In this document: positions 1-8,630 of the stretch, one piece after another
How the letters are laid out: each line of letters starts with the position of its first letter
How positions within the stretch are numbered: the stretch's first letter is position 1
Source of the DNA: a virus
IMG/VR virus record: IMGVR_UViG_3300014720_000016
Length of the DNA: 64,000 bases
Direction: 5' to 3' (one strand)
Notes under the pieces: generated by a model
What the model was told of the DNA's origin: nothing
The model's input: only the letters and a program-made list of their open reading frames with translations
The model's database searches: none
Program-made: the position numbers and the translations under genes

Positions 1-934
1 CCTTGTCGATAACAGCCTGTGCTGGCCCCTTTGGGTCGACATAGTGCGATGTGCCCTCGTCACTCCCGACATATCCCCGCCACTCAAGCTGGCTCTCTGG
101 GCTGGCCATGCCTCGGAATACAACTTTTTCAACGCCGTCTACAATAATGCGGCGACCGGGCGACTCGTCTGTTCCAGCAAACATGCTGCCCATCATGACG
201 GCCTGCGCACCAACAGCAAGAGCCTTCACGATATCGCCAGGATTCCTGATGCCCCCATCAAGAATAATGCCTGCAGGATATATCGGCCTGCCGTTAGCAT
301 TTGTACCACCGGTATAAGCATTTTGCACGACATCCATAACGCTGTGGAGTGCCGGCACTCCATGCCCTGTATTGACCCTGGTTTCACAGCAGGAGCCGCT
401 ACCAATAGAAACACGCAGGGAGTCGGCCCCCCATGCAACCAAATCATTGTATGCTTCGGCAGTCGCAATATTGCCCGCCATAATATGCAGATCGGGGTAA
501 GCTGCTCGAATGGCCTTAATTGCGTCTCTGGCCGCATACGAATGCCCGTGCGCCATATCTACGCATACTACTTTCGCTCCTGCAGTTACTAGGGCAGCAG
601 TCCTCTCTAGAAAGTCTCCGGTCGCTCCGACTGCGCCGCCGATTTGGAAGCGTAGCTTGTCGGTAGCCAACTCCCGAGCAGCTGTGACCTGGGTCGCCTG
701 CTCGGCAATAGACAGATAGCGATGCAGGATGCAAATACCGCCGGCATCGCTCAGCACTGCAGCTAGTGCAGGGCTGCTTACCGTATCCATCGGGGCGCTA
801 ATAATAGGAAGCCGCAAGCACAGTGGACGGACTGAGCCGAGTACGGTGTGCAGCTGTACTTCCGACCGGCTCTTGATTGTACTGAGTCGTGGTATTAGGG
901 ATATATCATCAAAGGTTAGGCTGACGCTACTCAT
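1..934 (-). CDS. IMP dehydrogenase / GMP reductase family protein, no CBS domain; runs off the window edge
   Basis: Translated by hand, not in the ORF track. [15 protein letters not shown]...[10 protein letters not shown]...GGICILHR, catalytic loop [11 protein letters not shown], then [38 protein letters not shown]...FRGMAS. GGAG lies before the ATG at 934. Confidence 0.9.
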   Translation of the reverse strand, partial: MSSVSLTFDDISLIPRLSTIKSRSEVQLHTVLGSVRPLCLRLPIISAPMDTVSSPALAAVLSDAGGICILHRYLSIAEQATQVTAARELATDKLRFQIGGAVGATGDFLERTAALVTAGAKVVCVDMAHGHSYAARDAIKAIRAAYPDLHIMAGNIATAEAYNDLVAWGADSLRVSIGSGSCCETRVNTGHGVPALHSVMDVVQNAYTGGTNANGRPIYPAGIILDGGIRNPGDIVKALAVGAQAVMMGSMFAGTDESPGRRIIVDGVEKVVFRGMASPESQLEWRGYVGSDEGTSHYVDPKGPAQAVIDK

Positions 935-994
935 TTTGACTCCATTCTTTCTGAACAGGGCACAGACATGGTGCCGCGAAAGCGCCAGACAAGC

Positions 995-1018
995 AAAAGG
1001 CGCATTCCAGCGCCTTTT
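995..1018. terminator. Intrinsic terminator, probably bidirectional
   Basis: AAAAGGCGC-attcca-GCGCCTTTT. Confidence 0.65.
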
Positions 1019-1041
1019 ATTTACAGTCTGCAGAGTAAGCG

Positions 1042-1368
1042 TCAGTCCTTTTTATCCTCGTCGATCTGCCGCATATACTGTGCTACGCTATTCATGTAAT
1101 CTGAGGCCAGTGTAATATAGCCCGAGACCCAGCCTGGTAGCTCATCGTCGGCACCAATGCGGTCGCGCAGCTCTTCGGCGTTCCTAAGCAAGGAGCCGAG
1201 CTCACCACGAGCCATGGTTCCCTCGTGATCGTGCTCCACCTCCCGTGGCTCGCTCTCTAGCTTGCGGAACCGGCGAGCCATGTCCGCGGCTTCGGCAGCA
1301 CGCCCATCATCACCCATCTGCGAAAATTTGCGCGAAAGATCCCAGCACATAGCACATTTCGAGTTCAT
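1042..1368 (-). CDS. Conserved phage hypothetical protein
   Basis: EGTMARGEL...ELPGWVSGYITLASDYM resembles a recurring large-phage domain; GGAGG RBS. Confidence 0.65.
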   Translation of the reverse strand: MNSKCAMCWDLSRKFSQMGDDGRAAEAADMARRFRKLESEPREVEHDHEGTMARGELGSLLRNAEELRDRIGADDELPGWVSGYITLASDYMNSVAQYMRQIDEDKKD

Positions 1369-1435
1369 ATTGCCTCCAAGGTTATAACAGCAATTTGCTA
1401 TATTGATACCTAGATATAAACATAGCCCGATTCGA

Positions 1436-2275
1436 CTATCGCATGGCTACTGTTACGTCATCGATAAAGTTCCTGAGGCCGGTCATTCCTTGGTCGCTCG
1501 GCCGGGCCTCGTAGCTCAAGCCTATTTCCATCTTGATTGCCGCCGATATAAAGCTGCTTTCGCTGCCATCATATGGCAGTAGGTTTGGAACCGAGATGTG
1601 GCCGCGCTTTATATAGGCGCTGCCGGACTCCAGCACAGATAGCGGATCGTCGCCCGCCAATCTAAGGCATCCGGTATCTATATGAAATACTACATTTGGC
1701 AAATTTACCAACTTTACTATATCCAGGGCCTCTTCAGCATTAACTGCCACGTTCGCACCGTACTGTACGGGGTTGGCTTCGAGTCCTAGAAATATATCTG
1801 GATTTGCGGTTGCCACCGAGTGCAGCGCGCAGGCCAGCTCTCTGTCAGCGACCGATATGCCGCCGCCTGGCCTGACTCGCACGGCATCTGGTGGGGCCAG
1901 ACGAGCAGCTGGACTGCCAACCACTAGGTATGGACAGCCTATCCCTCTCGAAAATGCGGCCACGGCATTTAAATGATCAAGCCATTCGCCATAGCCAGTG
2001 TATAGGTTGTGCTTTGTTTTGAAGAAAATACTTTGCAGAGCAACCGGGCTGAATCCTATCGAATGGCGGCCTGCAAACAGATCCTCCCACTCTCCAAACA
2101 TGGTAGGAGCAATCTCCATGCTTTCGTAATTTAAACCGGTTATGCTACATACTGCGATACGACTCAGCGTATTTTCTGATTCGCTCAATAACTTGCTCTT
2201 TAGAGAATCTGTAGCCATTCCTGCTCCGCATATCATATTTAACAGCACTAGTTCCAGTGCATTTTTCAATAACAT
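1436..2275 (-). CDS. Sugar phosphate isomerase/epimerase (xylose-isomerase-like TIM barrel); true start probably near 2170-2220
   Basis: EIAPT, LQSIFF, VVGSPAAR, GLEANPVQYG, HIDTGC, HISVPNL, SYE metal-binding pattern. Confidence 0.8.
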   Translation of the reverse strand: MLLKNALELVLLNMICGAGMATDSLKSKLLSESENTLSRIAVCSITGLNYESMEIAPTMFGEWEDLFAGRHSIGFSPVALQSIFFKTKHNLYTGYGEWLDHLNAVAAFSRGIGCPYLVVGSPAARLAPPDAVRVRPGGGISVADRELACALHSVATANPDIFLGLEANPVQYGANVAVNAEEALDIVKLVNLPNVVFHIDTGCLRLAGDDPLSVLESGSAYIKRGHISVPNLLPYDGSESSFISAAIKMEIGLSYEARPSDQGMTGLRNFIDDVTVAMR

Positions 2276-2879
2276 CTGGAAAAATTTTGGAAACTATGTC
2301 AGATGTCTGAACTGGCTCGACTGCAACGTTAATTATCGTGTGCTTTTCGTTATTTATTTCTGAAATGAGATTGGGCAGATCGCCAAGATCGTACCACTGG
2401 TATGCGCTGGCCAGAGATATGTTCTCATAGTTGCGACCCTCAAGAAGATCAAAAATAATGTTTTTCTTTAGCCCTTTGCCAAAAAGACCAGGAAGTCTGA
2501 CTGCCTGGACAACATCTGCCTCCCAGCTTTTCTCAAGAAACAGGCGGTGACTGCCATAAGGACAATCCGACTGGGGGTCGCTGTCCTCTGATGGCCCAGT
2601 GGCCAGTTGCTGGCCTCCGTAAACATCGACCGTGCTGAAGTGGACTATCCGGCGAGCATGAGCAGTACTGACAAGATTTAGCAAGTAGAATATACCATTC
2701 ATGTCGGCTTCGGGGTCTGCGTTTGCTTTCCACTTCACCGCAGATGGAGCTGCGACCCAAATCGTATCAAACCTCATGCCGGCAATTTCTCCTATGTTGG
2801 AGGAATTATAGCAGTGGGCCGAAAATATTTCCCGTAGCAGCGAGCCGACCAGCCCTGAGGCACCAACAATAGCATCCAC
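2145..2879 (-). CDS. NAD-dependent epimerase/dehydratase-like protein
   Basis: GASGLVG Rossmann motif, STVDVYG, YGSHR, RLPGLFG. Confidence 0.85.
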   Translation of the reverse strand: MDAIVGASGLVGSLLREIFSAHCYNSSNIGEIAGMRFDTIWVAAPSAVKWKANADPEADMNGIFYLLNLVSTAHARRIVHFSTVDVYGGQQLATGPSEDSDPQSDCPYGSHRLFLEKSWEADVVQAVRLPGLFGKGLKKNIIFDLLEGRNYENISLASAYQWYDLGDLPNLISEINNEKHTIINVAVEPVQTSDIVSKIFPDVIEKCTGTSAVKYDMRSRNGYRFSKEQVIERIRKYAESYRSM

Positions 2880-3887
2880 TTAAACACCTATCTTCTTTAC
2901 TATGTCTCGTGCTGCAAGAAAGGCACACGATATTTTTCCAGGCAGTACCGCAATAATATTGTTTTCTTGAAAAACGGCTGTTCCACGAAAATCGTTGGTA
3001 TCCTTTTCCATCTTGGTCTTGATCGTGAGATACCTGCCTACAATCTTAAAGTCGTCAATATTTACCATTTTTGATGCATGAGATAAAATCTTTGCGTCTA
3101 TGTAGTTCCAGTCTTCCTCGTCAAGCTTGCCGCAGATCTTTTCAAGCATGCGGCTGCTAGAGCTTTTAAGAGCAGGGGTATAAGCCACAGAACTAATAGT
3201 GTGTATATTTTTACCGGCAGGATATATGCTGCAAAATAGCCCATCCATTATAGTTATAGCCTTGCCGTGCCACGAGTCAGGAGTCTCGGCCAGCAGCATT
3301 ACTGCAAGCTCAGACTTTGTCTGAAGGGATATGTCGGCACCGGGCTCGGTATAGGTACAGTTAATGACAAAATCGTATGAGCCGGTCAGATCAGCGGGAC
3401 GGCGATCTGCACATGTTATAACATTTACCGATGACAGCGCGATCTGCTCTGCAACTTTTTTGCGCAGCTCTAGTAGGTTAATCATCTTCTCCGGCACAAG
3501 CACTGTTAGCTCGATAGAAGACGGGTCCCTGACATGCTCCGGAGTAGGGACCTCGGTGAACTTTAGGTTGTGACTGGACATCTTCTCGGCGTACTCTTGT
3601 CCTGATACAAAACCATCAGAGTGTACACAGTAAAAATTCTCAGGAATGTCCTCTACTGCGCTCGGATATTCTGCGCAGAACTCATCAAATGATTCTTTTG
3701 CCTGTGAAATGGTAAAGTCGCACCTGGGGTAATGAAACCCAAGGTGCAACCGGTGTTGATTTGCTAGTATCGCTCCTTTGAGTATTTCCGGAGATCTCTC
3801 AAAGAGGTCTACCTGGACGCTCCGCCGACTCAGTTGCAGGGCAATCACACATCCGTAGAACCCGCCCCCGATGACTGCAACGCGCAT
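2880..3887 (-). CDS. FAD-dependent oxidoreductase
   Basis: VAVIGGGFYG, NQHRLHLGFHYPR, IMDG, GKI. Confidence 0.85.
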   Translation of the reverse strand: MRVAVIGGGFYGCVIALQLSRRSVQVDLFERSPEILKGAILANQHRLHLGFHYPRCDFTISQAKESFDEFCAEYPSAVEDIPENFYCVHSDGFVSGQEYAEKMSSHNLKFTEVPTPEHVRDPSSIELTVLVPEKMINLLELRKKVAEQIALSSVNVITCADRRPADLTGSYDFVINCTYTEPGADISLQTKSELAVMLLAETPDSWHGKAITIMDGLFCSIYPAGKNIHTISSVAYTPALKSSSSRMLEKICGKLDEEDWNYIDAKILSHASKMVNIDDFKIVGRYLTIKTKMEKDTNDFRGTAVFQENNIIAVLPGKISCAFLAARDIVKKIGV

Positions 3888-4576
3888 ACGGCCCTCACCT
3901 TTTCAACGTCAGTAGCAAAGTCTTTTGCCAGGTACTGCCGATATGCTGCTTCATCGCTACCCATCAGCGCCGCGACCTCGCGGTACTGAGCATCTACTTG
4001 CGCCTTCCCATTTGAAAAATGCAAGTGCTCAATGATTATGTCCGGGTAATACTTAATTATTGACAACGCCTCGCCAAGGTCTTTCCAAAAGTTATCCGCA
4101 TACATATGCTGAATGCACGGAGGAGCCATGTAGCCAAGAGCTTTTGTTATGGCAGTTCCAATGAAAACGGCGGTTGGCAAAGATTGCCTCTGCAGCAGGT
4201 CATTACCATATAGAATGGCAACTCCTTTCAAGGCATCGCCATCCCGCACAAAAGCCTCTTCCCAGAGCGGAGTTACAAAGCGGTGATCATCTCCAATAAA
4301 TAGCAGGTAATCATATTGATCCTGAAGCTGAGCGGCCATTAGATTTAGCTTTGGGACAAGGCGCACCCGGGGGTTCACGAGCTGCTTGGCGTAGCTCGGA
4401 ACTTCGTAGTTAGCCAGGTCGTCGTCATCCATGCCATAGTAAAAATCGGAGAGACCCGAAGTAGTGGCAAACCAACTGGCCGCGGCAGCTGCTGCACCTG
4501 AGTTGCGTATGCCGCCCGCGGATCGAGTTGGCATAATGACTGCAATTTTGCGAGAGTTATCTTTATCTTTCAACAT
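3845..4576 (-). CDS. Glycosyltransferase, GT-A fold (GT2-like)
   Basis: IAVIMPTR, MDDDD, FIGDDH, YGNDL, HMYADN, IEHLH. Confidence 0.8.
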   Translation of the reverse strand: MLKDKDNSRKIAVIMPTRSAGGIRNSGAAAAAASWFATTSGLSDFYYGMDDDDLANYEVPSYAKQLVNPRVRLVPKLNLMAAQLQDQYDYLLFIGDDHRFVTPLWEEAFVRDGDALKGVAILYGNDLLQRQSLPTAVFIGTAITKALGYMAPPCIQHMYADNFWKDLGEALSIIKYYPDIIIEHLHFSNGKAQVDAQYREVAALMGSDEAAYRQYLAKDFATDVEKVRAVCALQSSGAGSTDV

Positions 4577-4831
4577 GTTTGCCTATGCTCCTGGTTACTT
4601 GGCACATCGCACAAGCATGTATTTTTATAGGCATAGACCATTTATACAGGCAGGCTGCCACGCAAAAATAATTACCTTTTCCGCGCTGCCTGCGTATTTT
4701 GCGGGCTCCATTAAATCGCATCTTGTCAAATTTTTTATGCAATCTGTGCATACTGCGCTACTCTTATATTTTTCTGCCTGTCAATTAATCACTATTTTTG
4801 TGCGCCTTAGAGCGCTTGCTTGGGAGAAGGC

Positions 4832-5496
4832 ATGACTGCGCAAAATCACAGATTAGCTATAATTGTCCCTTACCGAGACCGGGCCGAGCACCTGGCTCAG
4901 TTTTTGCCACACATGGCATCATACCTCGCTAAACTAGAAAATCAGCATACGATTTATATAATCGAGCAGCTGGAGGGCAAGCCCTTTAACCGCGCAAAGC
5001 TATTGAATATTGGCTTTTTAGAATCCAAGGCTGATCATGATTATTTTATTTTTCATGACGTCGATATGCTGCCTCACGGAGTTGACTACAGCTATCGAGA
5101 GTGTCCAACTCACATGGCCTCTGGAGCTAGTCAGTTTGGTGGCACAATGCCGTATCCGGACTACTTCGGTGGAGTTACTATGTTCAATAGAGAGTCCGCT
5201 GAGCTAGTAAATGGTTTTAGCAATGAGTACTGGGGATGGGGTCTGAGGATGACGATCTGCTGCTTCGCTGCAAATACGCCAACATCCGGGTTGAGCGTAT
5301 CGCATCTGGTCAAATGACTTCTCTTTCTCACAAGAAAAGCACAGACCGAGAGGCACATAATCGAAACTTTGAGAAGCTTACGGCAATGAGGAACGGCGTC
5401 GCCGACTGGCGAAATCACGGCTTGAACTCCTGCTCATACACAGTCGTGGAGCGGCGACTAGAGGCGGGTGTGGTATTTATAAAGGTCAATCTATAA
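4832..5496 (+). pseudogene. GT7 beta-1,4-galactosyltransferase-like gene with a single-base frameshift (or sequencing error)
   Basis: IIVPYRDR, FNRAKLLNIG, FHDVD, YFGGV, NGFSNEYWGWG in one frame; GSEDDD continues in another frame across GGGG at 5238-5241. Confidence 0.85.
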
Positions 5497-5609
5497 ATAC
5501 TATTTCTTAAGTCTATTTTTCAAACCAGTTGTCCACCGCTGCACCTAGATTTCGCACATTATTCACATATCAAGTTGGAATAACGGCTGCATTTTTACGA
5601 CAGCCATGT

Positions 5610-6248
5610 TCATTGTGTTTCTCCAAATTCAGAAATCAGATGATCTCTTAACCTAATATACTCAGGGTCCTCTTTTGACCCATGACGGGAATAGTATGTC
5701 TCAAGATCCTGTCGCATTGTACGAGCATATATCTTTCTAATCATAGGGTCGTTTCGGGACGAGCTCGCACTTAGATGTGCGATGCCGCGACCATCAACAA
5801 TATCCCTGTGAAGTATGTCCATCGTTAGTCCGGCCGGACCCAGCCGATTATAAAGATCAAGATCCATCCAGGAGTTGCCAAATGCCTCGTCCCATCCTCC
5901 GATCTTGCGAATATTGCTGGGTACAACCAGCATTAAAAGATCAACAATCGCACAGTGCGCAACTATTGCGCAAGTGCTGTCCCGATTAAAGTTTAGTAGA
6001 TTTTCTATCGCAGTCCTGGATTCAAGGACTGCATCGAAGTGCGAGAACAGATAGGGCTCGTCATTTATCTTGAGTATCTCGTTCAGGCATGTGCTGAACT
6101 TCCTGGGCTTGTGAGAGTAGTGCACTCTGATATCGATAATATCCCCAGCGACAGAGTCATAGGATTCTATGGCCCTGTCCAGGAGGTCGCGCTGCGCGCC
6201 CACGTAGTTGAAATAAAGCGGGACCTTCTTCATCTGATTACTCTGCAC
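5610..6248 (-). CDS. Putative glycosyltransferase (GT2-like)
   Basis: SHFDA, IGGWDEAF...WMDLDLYNRL, IAHL. Confidence 0.6.
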   Translation of the reverse strand: MQSNQMKKVPLYFNYVGAQRDLLDRAIESYDSVAGDIIDIRVHYSHKPRKFSTCLNEILKINDEPYLFSHFDAVLESRTAIENLLNFNRDSTCAIVAHCAIVDLLMLVVPSNIRKIGGWDEAFGNSWMDLDLYNRLGPAGLTMDILHRDIVDGRGIAHLSASSSRNDPMIRKIYARTMRQDLETYYSRHGSKEDPEYIRLRDHLISEFGETQ

Positions 6249-7099
6249 ACCATGTTAGCCGCTCGGAGATGCCAGCCTTCAAGGTATAGTCTGAAAATGC
6301 GCTCTGGATAAAAACAGTGTAGCCGGTGTGTCTCGGGATTGTGCCAAATGGGCACGGCTACATGACCATCTACTAGGCCATGGTGCGCTGTTGTATTCTT
6401 TATATTAACCGCGTTTTCCTCGCACATGCGAGCGTAAACTGCATCCAGATTTCTCCATACCGAGCAGTAATGGCCCATTGCCGCCCGCCCGCCATACGCA
6501 TAGACGTCGCAAACATCAGCTGCGTGGCGCCCCTCATGCGGGCCTCGGGCACATGCAAAGCACAGGGGGTGGCCGTGATTGCTATTAGGCGGTGACGGCA
6601 CCCACAGACTATCCGGCCTAATTGCATCTCCCGCAATCTCATAGCGACTGACCTCCATATCTGAGCGCAGCTTGATAACAACGTCGTACTTCTTGCCGAT
6701 CTTTTCCTCGTGCCGCTCCATTAGATTGAACGCCTCATTAAGGCTGTACAGCTGGCTCTCAATAAAAACCGGTTTTGCGCTAAGCATGTGCCACGAAGCC
6801 CCTCTTCCGCCTCCATAGACGTAAGGCTTGCTGCTTGCGGTCTTAGCGCTATCGATGAATCTCGCGTTGTTCTCTACTTTTAAGTCAATTGTCTCAGGCA
6901 TTAGCTGATATACTTCTGTCAGATTTACTGCCTGTGATTCATTTGGGATTGGGCCATACTTGCGATCCAGGGACTGCATACCGATAGAGTCCCAGGTGTG
7001 TATAAATACGTCTGCCTTCATAGGCAAAACCATATTTTGTCTAATCCTGGGATACGTTTGCTTAAATGTTCTTAAGTGGCCGCACAACAGGATTGCCAC
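6230..7099 (-). CDS. Putative glycosyltransferase-like protein of a viral glycan-cluster family
   Basis: AILLCGHLRTF, DVFIHTWD, YDVVIKLRSD, DVYAYG, PE; GGAGAGG before the GTG start. Confidence 0.6.
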   Translation of the reverse strand: MAILLCGHLRTFKQTYPRIRQNMVLPMKADVFIHTWDSIGMQSLDRKYGPIPNESQAVNLTEVYQLMPETIDLKVENNARFIDSAKTASSKPYVYGGGRGASWHMLSAKPVFIESQLYSLNEAFNLMERHEEKIGKKYDVVIKLRSDMEVSRYEIAGDAIRPDSLWVPSPPNSNHGHPLCFACARGPHEGRHAADVCDVYAYGGRAAMGHYCSVWRNLDAVYARMCEENAVNIKNTTAHHGLVDGHVAVPIWHNPETHRLHCFYPERIFRLYLEGWHLRAANMVCRVIR

Positions 7100-7114
7100 T
7101 CGGGCCTCTCCAGT

Positions 7115-7858
7115 TTACTTGCAAGGTCCTGGCGGGTCAGCAGGAGGAAATCTAAAGCAGCGCGAACGACGAAAAGATTCTGTGCCATAAGCAAAATCAT
7201 CATTAAATTGCTCGCGCGTGCTGCTTTGCAGGATTCTTAGATAACCGCTTAGTTCTGACATGTTTGGAATTCTGCCGTAGAAATCTAAAAACTGACGCGA
7301 TACAAATTGCTCATCGTTAAGTTCTTCGTACATAATACTGTCCTCGGTCTCGACCGTAGCGGGGGTAGGCTCCGCTTCGTCCTGAGTATTTGCAGAAGGG
7401 GCGGCGGGGCCCCCAACGATCTGCCCTCCTACTTGCGCCGCTCCTCCCGCGTCATCCAAGGTAATAGTACTCAACTGCGGCGCAGGACGCACCACAAGTA
7501 GTCCATGTTTTGCAAATATTTTGCCGTACAGCTCTTCTTTTGCCTCAAGAGGTACGCCGCTCGGCACACTAGGAAAATTTGTACAAAGGCAGCAGTTGAT
7601 TACTTTAGAGTAGCCTCTCGCCAAACCCTCGACCACTTTCCGAGGAATCTTGCGCGCCACCATATTATCGGGAATCCCAAAGTCAGAATTAAATAGAAAT
7701 GTCCTGACGGCTGGATGGCCCAGTAGATCGTTAGCTATTGCACGCGGCAGCATGACGTCGATCTGTATGCCCGGGTTGCACTCCCTTAGCGTTGATATTG
7801 GTCTGTGTAGGGCGCCTATGTCTGTGCCAGTGCCATAAATATAAAGCAAAATTCTCAC
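7115..7858 (-). CDS. Hypothetical protein: GT9-like N-terminus, Ala/Pro linker, DUF4214-like C-terminus
   Basis: MRILLY...DI...PISTLRECNPGIQIDV...LLGHPAV; EQFVSRQFLDFYGRIP..SELSGYL. Confidence 0.5.
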   Translation of the reverse strand: MRILLYIYGTGTDIGALHRPISTLRECNPGIQIDVMLPRAIANDLLGHPAVRTFLFNSDFGIPDNMVARKIPRKVVEGLARGYSKVINCCLCTNFPSVPSGVPLEAKEELYGKIFAKHGLLVVRPAPQLSTITLDDAGGAAQVGGQIVGGPAAPSANTQDEAEPTPATVETEDSIMYEELNDEQFVSRQFLDFYGRIPNMSELSGYLRILQSSTREQFNDDFAYGTESFRRSRCFRFPPADPPGPCK

Positions 7859-8247
7859 AATAGTGCCTCTATTTTAAAAACAAAACATTCTGTCCACTCT
7901 GGGTTATAGGAGAATGAATGAATAGTCGGAGTATGACCAAGCGCCCGAAATTCTTCAGACGCCCTGCTGTTACGATAAACAGAAATTACAAGTGACTCGG
8001 GCGAGTGCGGCCTAAGCTCGCCTGGCTCAGGACCAATGATCAATAAGCCTCGTCCCGACCAAAAAATCGAGCGCGCCCAACTACCACTGCGAAAAATCTC
8101 CATTTCACGAATTTCCCGCTTCAGCAGGGCGGCGCAGAACACAGCCAGGTCTATTCCGCAAACCGTACGCGGAAAAGAAGAGGTATTTGCCAGGTACTCA
8201 GAGAGTTCACCGGGACCCAGCAGATGGAGGCAATGGTCAAGCTTCAT
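7855..8247 (-). CDS. Hypothetical protein (MKLD-start group)
   Basis: Stop overlaps the next gene's start. Confidence 0.6.
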   Translation of the reverse strand: MKLDHCLHLLGPGELSEYLANTSSFPRTVCGIDLAVFCAALLKREIREMEIFRSGSWARSIFWSGRGLLIIGPEPGELRPHSPESLVISVYRNSRASEEFRALGHTPTIHSFSYNPEWTECFVFKIEALL

Positions 8248-8249
8248 CC

Positions 8250-8600
8250 CTATTATGTAACCTTATTAAGCAAGAAAGAGGACAAATAAGACAGACCAGT
8301 CATCTGAACAGAAGAACACATCAGAAGGTAATAAAAAAATGACAGAAGAAAGATGCGGATCATCAACGCAGGACACAGAAAGAAAGATGGCTAACACCGC
8401 TAGCAGACACTACAATCATAATAAAAAAAAAAAAACCTAAGACTACCCATCTGTTTACCTATGGAGTACGCTAAGGGTTGGAGGGATTTGGAGCCGCTCG
8501 CGGCTTGGAGGTTTTGGCGCATTGCGGAGTATTTTCACGGCCTTCTATCGTGCTGGTTTTGCCTGTTTTTCGACTAAAAACGACAAAGCAGAAACACAAA
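8250..8600. other. Strand-asymmetric non-coding region; candidate replication origin
   Basis: Left half A/C-rich with ACAGAAG(A)AAGATG-like repeats (8308, 8342, 8375) and an A13 run (8423-8435); right half G/T-rich with TTGGAG three times. Confidence 0.4.
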
Positions 8601-8601
8601 T

Positions 8602-8623
8602 AGCCGCCTTGTCTCGGGCGGCT
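8602..8623 (-). terminator. Terminator of the polymerase-like gene
   Basis: AGCCGCC...GGCGGCT stem followed by a T-rich tail on the minus strand. Confidence 0.5.
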
Positions 8624-8630
8624 GGCCAGA

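Noticed and set aside
44-1115. Plus-strand ORFs in the track (44-592, 729-1115 and others)
   Set aside because: Shadow ORFs antisense to the IMPDH/GMP reductase gene.
4563-4751. 62-aa minus-strand ORF in the divergent intergenic region
   Set aside because: No motif and weak RBS; more likely regulatory sequence.
6230-7858. Two in-frame ORFs separated by one TAA, suggesting read-through or stop-codon recoding
   Set aside because: The downstream ORF has its own GGAGAGG and GTG. TAA, TAG and TGA all end recognisable genes and long genes are intact under the standard code.
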